A stretch of DNA of 29,738 bases from positions 1-29,738 of IMG/VR virus record IMGVR_UViG_3300034073_000627; one strand, 5' to 3'. The notes beneath the pieces were generated by a model that was given only the letters and a program-made list of their open reading frames with translations, did no database searches and was not told the origin of the DNA. This stretch comes from a virus (Duplodnaviria > Caudoviricetes). Made by a program: the position numbers and the translations under genes. This document shows, in pieces, positions 1 through 8,533 of this stretch. Position 1 is the first letter of the stretch, and every line of letters starts with the position of its first letter.

Positions 1-2
1 TT

Positions 3-503
3 TTAGTAACAGAACCAGGTCATGAAAAAACAACAGGAAATAAAATTATATTTACTAATGTAAAAGCAGTTAATGGATTTACTAATGCAATGTTAAATAC
101 AACACTTGGATTTTCATTAACAGTAGTAAATACTAATCAATATACTATCAATGCTCAAACAGTCGCGAGCGCGAGCGGGAACTTTGGTGGTCAACCTTCC
201 GTTGGACCTTCAGCAGTTGCACTTCCTAATAATGCTTTTGAAGTCACAGCAGGTAGTTCTACACTACAAGTAAATCAACCAAATCATGGTAAAGTCACAG
301 GAGATACAGTTCAATTTCAAAGTTTAACGGTTGTTAATGCTTTTTTAACTTCTTCAGGATTTCAACAATCAGTCTTAACAACATCTTCCGGATATAGTAT
401 AACAGTTGTTAATTTAGATAATTATCGTTTTAACGCATCGTCAGGAACGGGTCTATTAACGACAACCATTGGCGGCGGATCGGCGACAGCGGAGACAATA
501 TAA
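3..503 (+). CDS. 5'-truncated virion structural protein with repeated beta-rich (E1 FCCH-like) modules
   Basis: The frame of ORF 90..503 is open back to nt 3 (LVTEPGHEKTTGNKIIFTNV...). Two similar modules are visible: PGHEKTTGNKIIF...FSLTVVNTNQYTI and PNHGKVTGDTVQF...YSITVVNLDNYRF. Confidence 0.7.
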   Translation, partial: LVTEPGHEKTTGNKIIFTNVKAVNGFTNAMLNTTLGFSLTVVNTNQYTINAQTVASASGNFGGQPSVGPSAVALPNNAFEVTAGSSTLQVNQPNHGKVTGDTVQFQSLTVVNAFLTSSGFQQSVLTTSSGYSITVVNLDNYRFNASSGTGLLTTTIGGGSATAETI

Positions 504-504
504 T

Positions 505-1188
505 ATGGCACTTACGTATTCACAATTAGTAACTCAAATTAGAAATTATACAGAAGTAGATAGTAATGGATTATCTGATTCTACAGTTTCTGTAATTGTT
601 CAAAATACTGAAAATAGAATTTATAGAGAATTAAATATTGATGCTTATAGATTATATGCATCTGCAGTTACTACAGCTGGTACAACTACGATTTCTGTTC
701 CATCGGGTTTAAGAAATATTAGATATGTTGAAATGATTTCTCCAAGTGGAGAAATTAATAATTTAGAACAAAAAGATAGCTCTTATATGGCAGAGTTTAA
801 TAATTTCCCTAATTCTTCTACTTATTATGAAAAACCAAGATATTGGGCAAACTGGAATGAAACAACATGGTTTGTAGCACCAACTCCTAATACAACTTAT
901 ACAATTAATATTGCTTATTATTCACAAGGTACTTCTATAACTGCTGGAAATTCAGCAACTTCAACAACTTATATATCTACTTTTGCTCAAGATTTACTTC
1001 TTTATGGTTCTTTAGTAGAAGCATATAAATACTTGAAAGGTCCACCAGATATGATACAAGTATATGAACAATCATATCAACAAGCCAGAGAATCATTTGG
1101 TGTTGAACAGACAGGTCGTAGAAGAAGAGACGAATATGTTGACGGCGAACCTAGAGTTGTAGTAGATTCACCGCCACCAAGTAAATAA
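505..1188 (+). CDS. Putative head-tail adaptor / tail tubular protein A-like
   Basis: ATG at 505 follows the upstream TAA directly (MALTYSQLVTQIRNYTE). Motifs KPRYW, FVAPTP and LLLYGSLVEAY are typical of podovirus adaptor proteins. The track start at 469 overlaps the upstream gene. Confidence 0.65.
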   Translation: MALTYSQLVTQIRNYTEVDSNGLSDSTVSVIVQNTENRIYRELNIDAYRLYASAVTTAGTTTISVPSGLRNIRYVEMISPSGEINNLEQKDSSYMAEFNNFPNSSTYYEKPRYWANWNETTWFVAPTPNTTYTINIAYYSQGTSITAGNSATSTTYISTFAQDLLLYGSLVEAYKYLKGPPDMIQVYEQSYQQARESFGVEQTGRRRRDEYVDGEPRVVVDSPPPSK

Positions 1189-1201
1189 TTAAGGAGTTAA
1201 T

Positions 1202-1639
1202 ATGGCAAATATAGTACCAGACAGTTTTAAAGAAGAATTATTTGAAGCGATTCACGATTTTACAGCTTCCACAGGCGATACATTTAAAATAGCTTTATAC
1301 AATACCGTTTCAGGTTTTGCTGCTGCAACAACTACAGTTTATGCTGCAACAATCGGATCAAGTGTTGAAGTGACAGGTACAGGTTATACTGCAACAGGAG
1401 CAACTCTTACAAATATTTCACCAACGGTTGCACAAAATGTTGCATTCGTAGATTTTAACGATGTAACTTTTTCAACAGCAACTATTACAGCATCATGTGC
1501 TTTAATTTATAACACAACAAATGGAAGCAAAGCAGTTGTGGTATTAGATTTTGGTGGTGATAAAACTTCAACGAACGGCGACTTTACTATTCAGTTCCCA
1601 GCAGCGAATTCAACAAGCGCAATCTTGAGAATATCGTAG
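1202..1639 (+). CDS. Conserved phage structural (tail-associated) protein, 145 aa
   Basis: Strong SD AAGGAG upstream. Thr/Ala-rich beta protein with SFKEEL...TFKIALY...VLDFGGDKTSTNGDFTIQFP, in the structural module. Confidence 0.65.
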   Translation: MANIVPDSFKEELFEAIHDFTASTGDTFKIALYNTVSGFAAATTTVYAATIGSSVEVTGTGYTATGATLTNISPTVAQNVAFVDFNDVTFSTATITASCALIYNTTNGSKAVVVLDFGGDKTSTNGDFTIQFPAANSTSAILRIS

Positions 1640-1658
1640 TAGTTCGCCATAAAAAATT

Positions 1659-2591
1659 ATGGCTAATAATACTTGGGGAATACATCCATGGAGTCAAGGC
1701 GAGTGGGGTCAACAGACTACTGATGTCATTGTAGAAGTTGGTATTTCAAAAGGTTGGGGCCGAGTTACGTGGGGAGAAGGAGCGTGGAATGAATCTGTTC
1801 CTATTGATGCTCTATCATTAAATTCAGGAACTATTGCAGTTGTAGGTAAAGCAGAAGTTGCTTTAACCGGAAATAATCTAGAAGTTCAAACAGGCATAAT
1901 TACATTTGCTGGTAAAGCAACAGTTGATGTAACTGGAAATAATTTAACATTAAATGTTGGCAATGCCATCATCACTGCAAAATCTAATGTTAATGCAAGT
2001 ACAAATTTATTAAATTTACTTGTTCAAAATCCAAATATCATTGCAGGAGGATCTGTAACCGATGCTGTTGTTGGTGAAGAATTAGAAGTTAGTGTTGGAA
2101 CAGTATCATTTAGTTTAGATGATGTATTTACAGTAACAGGTTCAAGCGTTCAAATAGGAACGGGGCAAGTTATCATTGCTTTACCAACTGTTATTCAAGC
2201 AACAGGTTCAAGCGTCGTTACATCAGTTGGAAATGTTGAAATTAATGCTAAAAACTTTGTAGATGTAACAGGAAATGAAGTTAATGTTGATGTTGGTAAT
2301 CCTACTTTTTCACTAGGATTAGGAGTCACAGCAACTGGCTCTAGTGTAACAGTTAATGTTGGAACTGTTAATATAGAATCAAGATATCCTGTAACAGGAA
2401 ATCAATTAACTGTTGGTACAGGAAACCTTATAATATCTACAAAAGCTGTTGTAGTACCTACAGGAAGTTTATTGACAGTAGGTTCAGGAAGTCCTATTAT
2501 ATACGGCTGGAATATTATAAATCCAACAACAGGTCAAAACTGGTCTGCTATAAACCTAGCAACAGGTCAAAACTGGGTTGATATAACTTAA
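1659..2591 (+). CDS. Putative elongated virion/fibre protein with WG motifs and ~20-aa VTG repeats
   Basis: N-terminal WGxxxW repeats, central V-x-V-T-G-x-x-(L/V)-x-(V/L)-x-(V/T)-G repeats, and C-terminal 11-aa W repeats. A 17-nt exact duplication CAACAGGTCAAAACTGG lies at 2527-2543 and 2560-2576. Confidence 0.65.
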   Translation: MANNTWGIHPWSQGEWGQQTTDVIVEVGISKGWGRVTWGEGAWNESVPIDALSLNSGTIAVVGKAEVALTGNNLEVQTGIITFAGKATVDVTGNNLTLNVGNAIITAKSNVNASTNLLNLLVQNPNIIAGGSVTDAVVGEELEVSVGTVSFSLDDVFTVTGSSVQIGTGQVIIALPTVIQATGSSVVTSVGNVEINAKNFVDVTGNEVNVDVGNPTFSLGLGVTATGSSVTVNVGTVNIESRYPVTGNQLTVGTGNLIISTKAVVVPTGSLLTVGSGSPIIYGWNIINPTTGQNWSAINLATGQNWVDIT

Positions 2592-2615
2592 TAAAAGTGA
2601 TATGGAGAATTTAAT

Positions 2616-3605
2616 ATGGCAAGTACATTTAGTAATTTAGGTTTAAACCTACAAGCGACCGGTGAAAACTCTGGAACATGGGGAGACCTTACAAACGTCA
2701 ATTTACAAGAAATAGATAATGCAATCGCAGGTGTTGTAACAATAACACTAACAGGCAATACGACATTAGCATTTACATCAAATGCAACTTCTACAACTTT
2801 TACAGATGAAGCTGGAAGAAATAAAACAATTATTTTATCAGGAGCATTATCTGCAACAACTGTTACAGTATCCGTTCCAAATATAGAAAAAGATTATGTC
2901 ATTATAAATAATTCAGGAGGTACAGCTATTATATCTTCTGGTGGTTCAACAACCGTTACTGTTAAAACAGGTTCTAAAAATTATGTTATAGTAGATCCGT
3001 CTACAACTTCAGTTATTGCTGCGGTTCCAGACACAACACCTGGTGGATCAGATACACAAATTCAATTTAATAATAATGGTACTTTTGGTGGTTCTGCTAA
3101 TTTAGTTTGGGATGGTACAAATTTAAATATAGGTGCAACAGGAGAAGCAAGATTTCAAGACACAACAGGTGGACAATATGTAGGACTTAAAGCAGCTGGC
3201 ACAGTTGCATCTTCATACACACTAGTATTACCAACTGCAACAGGAACAGCTAATCAAGTTATTCAAACTGATGGATCAGGTAATTTATCTTTTGCAACTG
3301 TATCAGGCGGCGCTGCATGGCAAGCAGTTAAAACTGCAGATTTTAACGTAACTGCAAAAGAAGGATATTTTGTAGATACAACTTCAACAACGATTACAGC
3401 AACATTACCATCTTCACCTACAATTGGAGATTTTGTATCATTCATTGATTATGCTGGAACGTTTGACACTAATAATCTTACAGTAGCAAGAAATGGTAAG
3501 CCCATCCAAGGTTCGGCAACAGATTTAACAGTTGCAACAGAAAGAGCAGGATTCACACTTGTATTTGTTGACAATACTCAAGGTTGGCTGTTACAGAATA
3601 ATTAA
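2616..3605 (+). CDS. Tail fibre / fibre-adaptor protein
   Basis: N-terminal ATGENSGTWG fibre motif, central GGSDTQIQFNN motif, and a C-terminal domain (GYFVDT...TLPSSPTIGD.VSFID..GTFDTNNLTVARNG..I) resembling the T4 gp34 N-terminal module. Confidence 0.7.
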   Translation: MASTFSNLGLNLQATGENSGTWGDLTNVNLQEIDNAIAGVVTITLTGNTTLAFTSNATSTTFTDEAGRNKTIILSGALSATTVTVSVPNIEKDYVIINNSGGTAIISSGGSTTVTVKTGSKNYVIVDPSTTSVIAAVPDTTPGGSDTQIQFNNNGTFGGSANLVWDGTNLNIGATGEARFQDTTGGQYVGLKAAGTVASSYTLVLPTATGTANQVIQTDGSGNLSFATVSGGAAWQAVKTADFNVTAKEGYFVDTTSTTITATLPSSPTIGDFVSFIDYAGTFDTNNLTVARNGKPIQGSATDLTVATERAGFTLVFVDNTQGWLLQNN

Positions 3606-3617
3606 CGGAGGTTTGAA

Positions 3618-4586
3618 ATGACAACCTTTAAAGAAATACGAGGAACTGCAGTTCAATCAGTATCTTCAGATCCTACAAATCCAGAAGTAGGTCAAATTTG
3701 GTATAATAATTCTATTGGAGTTTTAAAAGGTTATCAATTAACAGCTGCTGCTTGGGCATCTGGTGGAAATTTAGGAACAGCTAGATATGGAATAGCAGGT
3801 GCAGGAACTCAAACAGCAGGATTAGGATTTGGTGGTTACGGTTCTAGTGCATATCAAGCAGCTACAGAGGAATATGATGGATCAACGTGGACGGCTGGTG
3901 GAAGTTTATCAACAGCAAGATATACATTAGCAGGTGCTGGTATTCAAACAGTAGGTTTAGCATTTGGAGGATCTAATGGAGGGGGAAAACAATCTGCTAC
4001 AGAAGAATATAATGGATCATCTTGGGGAGGAGGTGGAAATTTAGCTACAGCTAGATCTAATTTAGGTGGAGCTGGTACACAAACTGCTGGTTTAGCTTTT
4101 GGTGGTCAAACAACTGTATTTGCTGTAAACACAGAAGAGTATGATGGATCGGCTTGGACATCAGGTGGGAATATGTCAACAGGAAGAGGTTCTTTTGCAA
4201 ATGCTGGAACACAAACTGCAGGTTTAGCGGCGGGTGGATATACAGGCACAAATTCTAATGCAACAGAAGAATATGATGGTTCGACTTGGACTAATGGTGG
4301 AAATTTAGCTACAGCAAGAACTGGAATAGCAGGATGCGGAACTCAAACAGTTGGTTTAGCATTTGGTGGTGATACTGGAAGTAGATCAAGTGCAACAGAA
4401 GAATATAATGGAACTTCTTGGACAAATTCAACTTCAATGACAACAGCAAGATATCAATTAGGAGGTTGTGGAACACAATCTTCAGGTTTAGCTTTTGGTG
4501 GAAATTCAACAGCTATAACTAATGCAACAGAAGAATACACAGGTGCATTTAATTCAGCTAAAACCATAACAACATCAACAACATAA
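3618..4586 (+). CDS. Kelch-like beta-propeller protein (6 blades), putative receptor-binding/fibre protein
   Basis: SD GGAGG. Six ~44-aa repeats W-x-x-G-G-N-L-x-T-A-R-x-x-L-A-G-A-G-T-Q-T-A-G-L-x-F-G-G-x(6-9)-T-E-E-Y-D-G carry the Kelch GG/Y/W signature. N-terminal SDP..GQIWYN module. Confidence 0.85.
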   Translation: MTTFKEIRGTAVQSVSSDPTNPEVGQIWYNNSIGVLKGYQLTAAAWASGGNLGTARYGIAGAGTQTAGLGFGGYGSSAYQAATEEYDGSTWTAGGSLSTARYTLAGAGIQTVGLAFGGSNGGGKQSATEEYNGSSWGGGGNLATARSNLGGAGTQTAGLAFGGQTTVFAVNTEEYDGSAWTSGGNMSTGRGSFANAGTQTAGLAAGGYTGTNSNATEEYDGSTWTNGGNLATARTGIAGCGTQTVGLAFGGDTGSRSSATEEYNGTSWTNSTSMTTARYQLGGCGTQSSGLAFGGNSTAITNATEEYTGAFNSAKTITTSTT

Positions 4587-4587
4587 C

Positions 4588-6384
4588 ATGACAACATACA
4601 AAGAAATTTTTGGTAAATACGTCAAGAACTACAGTTCAGATCCAACATCCGATGCTGAAGGTCAGATATGGTATAATACCACTTCGGGAACGTTTAAGAG
4701 TGTTTTAGCTACAGATTCATGGAGTTCTGGTGGAAGTATGGCAACAGCTAGAACAAATTTAGCAGGACTTGGTACACAAACAGCAGGACTTGGAGCAGGT
4801 GGATATACTGCTACAACAGCAAATTCAACAGTAACAGAAGAATATGATGGAACTTCTTGGACAGCAGGAGGAAATTTAAATACAGGTAGATATACTTTAA
4901 GAGGTTGTGGAACTCAAACGGCAGGTTTAGTTTTTGGTGGTGCTACTTATCCCCCTCTTGTTTTAAAAAATAATGCAGAAGAATATGATGGCTCTGCTTG
5001 GACAAATGGAGGAACTTTATCAACTGCAAGAAGATTGTTAGCAGGTGCTGGAATACAAACTGCTGGACTTGCGTTTGGTGGTCTTACAACAGTAAATTCA
5101 AACGCCACAGAAGAATACGATGGCTCTGCTTGGACGGCAGGAGGAAACATGGGAACGGCAAGACAAAATTTAGCAGGAGCAGGTTTACAAACAGCGGGAC
5201 TAGCTTTTGCCGGTTATACAACAGTAAATACTGCAGCAACAGAAGAATATGATGGCTCTGCTTGGGCAGGTGGTGGAAACATGGGTACAGCAAGATATGG
5301 TTTAGCAGGTGCTGGAACTCAAACAGCAGGACTTGGTTTTGGTGGACGAACAACAGTTAATGTTACAGCTACAGAAGAATATAATGGATCAGCATGGGCA
5401 ACAGGTGGAAATATGGGAACAGCAAGATTTTATTTAGCAGGTTGTGGAATACAAGATTCAGCTTTAGCATTTGGCGGAGCTGCACCAGCAAGAACAACAG
5501 CCACCGAAGAATACAATTTCTCATCTCTTATCCAAGTAGCAGCAGCGTGGGCGAGTGGGGGAAATATGGCTACAGCTAGATATAATTTAAATGGTTGTGG
5601 AACGCAAACAGTAGGTCTTGCTTTTGGCGGAAACACTGGATCTAGAACAGCCGCAACTGAAGAATACAATGGTTCAGCTTGGACTGGTGGTGGAAATATG
5701 GGAACTGCTAGAGATCAATTAGGTGGAGCAGGTACTCAAACTGCTGGTTTAGGTTTTGGTGGTAATGCTACAGGAACTCCTGTTTCAGATACAGAAGAAT
5801 ATGACGGATCAGCTTGGACATCAGGTGGTAGTTTGAATACTGCAGTAAGATATCTTTGGGGAGCAGGAACTCAAACAGCGGGTTTAAAATTTGGTGGTTT
5901 TACAACAACAGCAGCTTCAAACGCAACAGAAGAATACGACGGCTCTGCTTGGGCAAGTGGTGGAAATATGGGAACAGCAAGATTTGTTTTAGCAGGTTGT
6001 GGATTACAAACTGCAGGACTTGCTTTTGGTGGAAATACAGGAACAGGTATTCAAAATATAACAGAAGAATATGATGGTTCCGCTTGGACAGCAGGTGGTA
6101 ATATGAATACTGGAAGAACAGAATTAGCAGGAGCAGGCACACAAACTGCAGGTTTAGGATTTGGTGGTTATACAACAACTAGTCTTGCCAACACAGAAGA
6201 ATACAATGGAACATCTTGGACAAATTCAACTTCTTTAACTACAGCTAGATATGGTTTAGGTGGTGCAGGAACTCAAACAGTAGGATTAGCATTTGGTGGT
6301 TTTTCAACAGCAGCTACAGCAGCCACAGAAGAATACACAGGGGCATATTCTGTAGATAACGTAAAAACAATAACAACAAGTTAG
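4588..6384 (+). CDS. Kelch-like double beta-propeller protein (2x6 blades)
   Basis: Twelve repeats counted, with linker NFSSLIQVAAA after blade 6. Same N-terminal module and KTITTS C-terminus as the preceding gene. Confidence 0.85.
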   Translation: MTTYKEIFGKYVKNYSSDPTSDAEGQIWYNTTSGTFKSVLATDSWSSGGSMATARTNLAGLGTQTAGLGAGGYTATTANSTVTEEYDGTSWTAGGNLNTGRYTLRGCGTQTAGLVFGGATYPPLVLKNNAEEYDGSAWTNGGTLSTARRLLAGAGIQTAGLAFGGLTTVNSNATEEYDGSAWTAGGNMGTARQNLAGAGLQTAGLAFAGYTTVNTAATEEYDGSAWAGGGNMGTARYGLAGAGTQTAGLGFGGRTTVNVTATEEYNGSAWATGGNMGTARFYLAGCGIQDSALAFGGAAPARTTATEEYNFSSLIQVAAAWASGGNMATARYNLNGCGTQTVGLAFGGNTGSRTAATEEYNGSAWTGGGNMGTARDQLGGAGTQTAGLGFGGNATGTPVSDTEEYDGSAWTSGGSLNTAVRYLWGAGTQTAGLKFGGFTTTAASNATEEYDGSAWASGGNMGTARFVLAGCGLQTAGLAFGGNTGTGIQNITEEYDGSAWTAGGNMNTGRTELAGAGTQTAGLGFGGYTTTSLANTEEYNGTSWTNSTSLTTARYGLGGAGTQTVGLAFGGFSTAATAATEEYTGAYSVDNVKTITTS

Positions 6385-6413
6385 TTTACATTATGAATAA
6401 ATTGACTTATACT
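6385..6413 (+). promoter_or_regulatory. Sigma70-type promoter
   Basis: TTTACA (6385-6390), 17 nt, TATACT (6408-6413) in the intergenic gap, followed by SD AAGGAG (6421-6426). Confidence 0.7.
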
Positions 6414-6433
6414 AACAACCAAGGAGCATAAAT

Positions 6434-6730
6434 ATGGCACTTTTTATATATGGTACAGCAACTAACTATGGCAAGAACTTCTTTACAGTAGAAGATAGAA
6501 GAAACTTTTTCTTACGAAGTTATCCAGGCGATGTTTGGGTAATTGGTAATAATGAAAAAGGAGCTCTATGGCTAGCTGAAAAAAATGGAGTTGAAAAAAC
6601 TAAAGCAGAAGCACAAGCAATTGTTGATGCAGAAGTTACAAAAGCTCAAGCAGCTTATGACGCTTTACCAGAAGAACAAAAAAATAGACCAGGATCAAAT
6701 CAAAGACCGACTGCTATAACTTTACCATAG
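6434..6730 (+). CDS. Hypothetical 98-aa protein between propeller genes (possible fibre assembly factor)
   Basis: Has its own promoter and a strong SD, and a helical C-terminal half (KTKAEAQAIVDAEVTKAQAAYD). Function is inferred from position only. Confidence 0.75.
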   Translation: MALFIYGTATNYGKNFFTVEDRRNFFLRSYPGDVWVIGNNEKGALWLAEKNGVEKTKAEAQAIVDAEVTKAQAAYDALPEEQKNRPGSNQRPTAITLP

Positions 6731-6739
6731 GTCACTCTC

Positions 6740-8512
6740 ATGACGACCTACAATGAGCTAGCAGGATTTAGAGTTAATTACTTAAGTACAGATCCTACAT
6801 TAAATTCAGGAAACGAAGGTCAGGTGTGGTATAACTCTACATCTGGAACTCTTAAAGCATTAGTTCAAATTAAATCGTGGGCCGCTGGTGGTAACATGGG
6901 TACTGCTAGACGTGGTTTAGCAGGAGTAGGAACTCAAACATTATCATTAGGTTTTGGTGGATATACAACAACTAATTCTAATGCAACAGAGGAATACAAC
7001 GGAACTTCCTGGACAACGGGAGGAAATTTAGGAACTGCAAGAAATACTTTAGCAGGAGCTGGAACTCAAACGGTAGGATTAGGATTTGGTGGTTTTACAA
7101 CAGTAGCTTCAAATGCAACAGAAGAATACGATGGATCAGCGTGGACTGGTGGTGGAAACATGGGAACGGCAAGATATAATTTAGGTGGAGCTGGAACACA
7201 AACAGCAGGATTAGGTTTTGGTGGATATACAACAACGAACGTTGCGAACACAGAAGAATATGATGGTTCCGCTTGGACAGCAGGAGGAAATTTAAATACT
7301 ACTAGAAGGCAATTAGCAGGAACAGGATTACAAACAGCAGGTTTAGCTTTTGGTGGTTTTACAACAGTAGCTTCAAATGCAACAGAAGAATACGATGGAT
7401 CAGCGTGGACTAGTGGAGGAAATATGGGAACTGCTAGACGTACTTTAGGAGGTGCTGGCACACAAACATTATCGTTAGGTTTTGGTGGATTAACAACAGT
7501 AGTTGTTGCTAACAATGAAGAATATGATGGGACAAGTTGGACAGTTTCAACAGTTATGGCTACAGCTAGACGTGGTTTAGGTGGAGCTGGAACACAAACA
7601 GCAGGATTAGGTTTTGGAGGATTTACAACAACAAACGTTGCCAACACCGAAGAATTCACTTCTTCAATCAATGTTACTACAGCAGCGGCGTGGGCGAGCG
7701 GGGGGAATTTGAGCACGGCGAGATATTTATTAGCAGGAGCAGGAACGCAAACGGCAGGATTAGGATTTGGTGGATATACAACAACACTTCAATCAGCCAC
7801 AGAAGAATATGATGGCTCTGCGTGGACAGCTGGAGGAAGTTTAAATACAGCAAGACGTAATTTAGCTGGTTGTGGAATTCAAACTGCTGGTTTGGCTTTT
7901 GGTGGTTATACAACAACAGGTGTTAATAATACAGAAGAATATGATGGATCTGCTTGGACTACAGGAGGAAATTTAGGAACTGCTAGATATTCTTTAGCAG
8001 GAGCAGGAACTCAAACTGCTGGATTAGGATTTGGTGGATATATAGGTACAAATTCTAACGCTACAGAAGAATATGATGGAACTTCTTGGACAGGTGGAGG
8101 AAATTTAGCTACAGCAAGAAGTGGTCCTGGAGGAGCAGGAACGCAAACAGCAGGTTTAGGATTTGGAGGTAGTGGACCTACTGCAGCAACAGAAGAATAT
8201 GATGGATCTTCTTGGACAGCTGGAGGAAATTTAGCTACAGCAAGAAGTGGTCCTGGAGGAGCAGGAACTCAAACAGCTGGATTAGCTTTTGCTGGAACTA
8301 CAGGATCAGTTTCAGCAGCCACAGAAGAATATAATGGCTCTTCATGGACAAATTCAATTTCTTTAACAACAGCTAGACGTTCTTTAGGTGGTGCAGGAAC
8401 GCAAACTGCAGGTTTAGCATTTGGTGGTTTTACAACAACCAATGTTGCAAACACAGAAGAATACACAGGAGCAATAGTTACAACAACTCCTTCAACCTTG
8501 ACAACATCATAA
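6740..8512 (+). CDS. Kelch-like double beta-propeller protein (2x6 blades)
   Basis: Twelve repeats, linker FTSSINVTTAAA after blade 6, N-terminal TDP..EGQVWYN module, ends LTTS. Confidence 0.85.
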   Translation: MTTYNELAGFRVNYLSTDPTLNSGNEGQVWYNSTSGTLKALVQIKSWAAGGNMGTARRGLAGVGTQTLSLGFGGYTTTNSNATEEYNGTSWTTGGNLGTARNTLAGAGTQTVGLGFGGFTTVASNATEEYDGSAWTGGGNMGTARYNLGGAGTQTAGLGFGGYTTTNVANTEEYDGSAWTAGGNLNTTRRQLAGTGLQTAGLAFGGFTTVASNATEEYDGSAWTSGGNMGTARRTLGGAGTQTLSLGFGGLTTVVVANNEEYDGTSWTVSTVMATARRGLGGAGTQTAGLGFGGFTTTNVANTEEFTSSINVTTAAAWASGGNLSTARYLLAGAGTQTAGLGFGGYTTTLQSATEEYDGSAWTAGGSLNTARRNLAGCGIQTAGLAFGGYTTTGVNNTEEYDGSAWTTGGNLGTARYSLAGAGTQTAGLGFGGYIGTNSNATEEYDGTSWTGGGNLATARSGPGGAGTQTAGLGFGGSGPTAATEEYDGSSWTAGGNLATARSGPGGAGTQTAGLAFAGTTGSVSAATEEYNGSSWTNSISLTTARRSLGGAGTQTAGLAFGGFTTTNVANTEEYTGAIVTTTPSTLTTS

Positions 8513-8526
8513 TAAATCTCTATATC
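8498..8526 (+). promoter_or_regulatory. Putative sigma70 promoter giving a leaderless mRNA
   Basis: TTGACA (8498-8503), 17 nt, TATATC (8521-8526). ATG follows at 8534 with no SD. Confidence 0.55.
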
Positions 8527-8533
8527 CCTCTTA

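Larger units (their letters stand above)
3753..8470 (+). repeat. 30 coding tandem repeats of ~132 nt (Kelch-like blades) across three genes
   Basis: Exact nucleotide duplicates checked by hand: 7085-7147=7349-7411 (63 nt), 7180-7221=7576-7617 (42 nt), 8095-8142=8221-8268 (48 nt), and 6061-6095=7250-7284 (35 nt, between genes). Confidence 0.92.

Noticed and set aside
469-504. ORF-track extended starts (469, 13803, 15730, 26186, 28843, 28863)
   Set aside because: They overlap upstream genes or promoters; downstream ATGs fit spacing and coupling better.
7066-7716. 216-aa minus-strand ORF and other antisense/alternate-frame ORFs across the propeller genes
   Set aside because: Shadow ORFs of repetitive Gly/Ala/Thr codons, fully overlapping well-supported + strand genes.
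3753-8470. Repeats as a CRISPR array or DGR template/variable pair
   Set aside because: Repeats are in-frame coding units with synonymous variation. No adenine-specific mismatch pair, non-coding template or reverse transcriptase was seen in the window.
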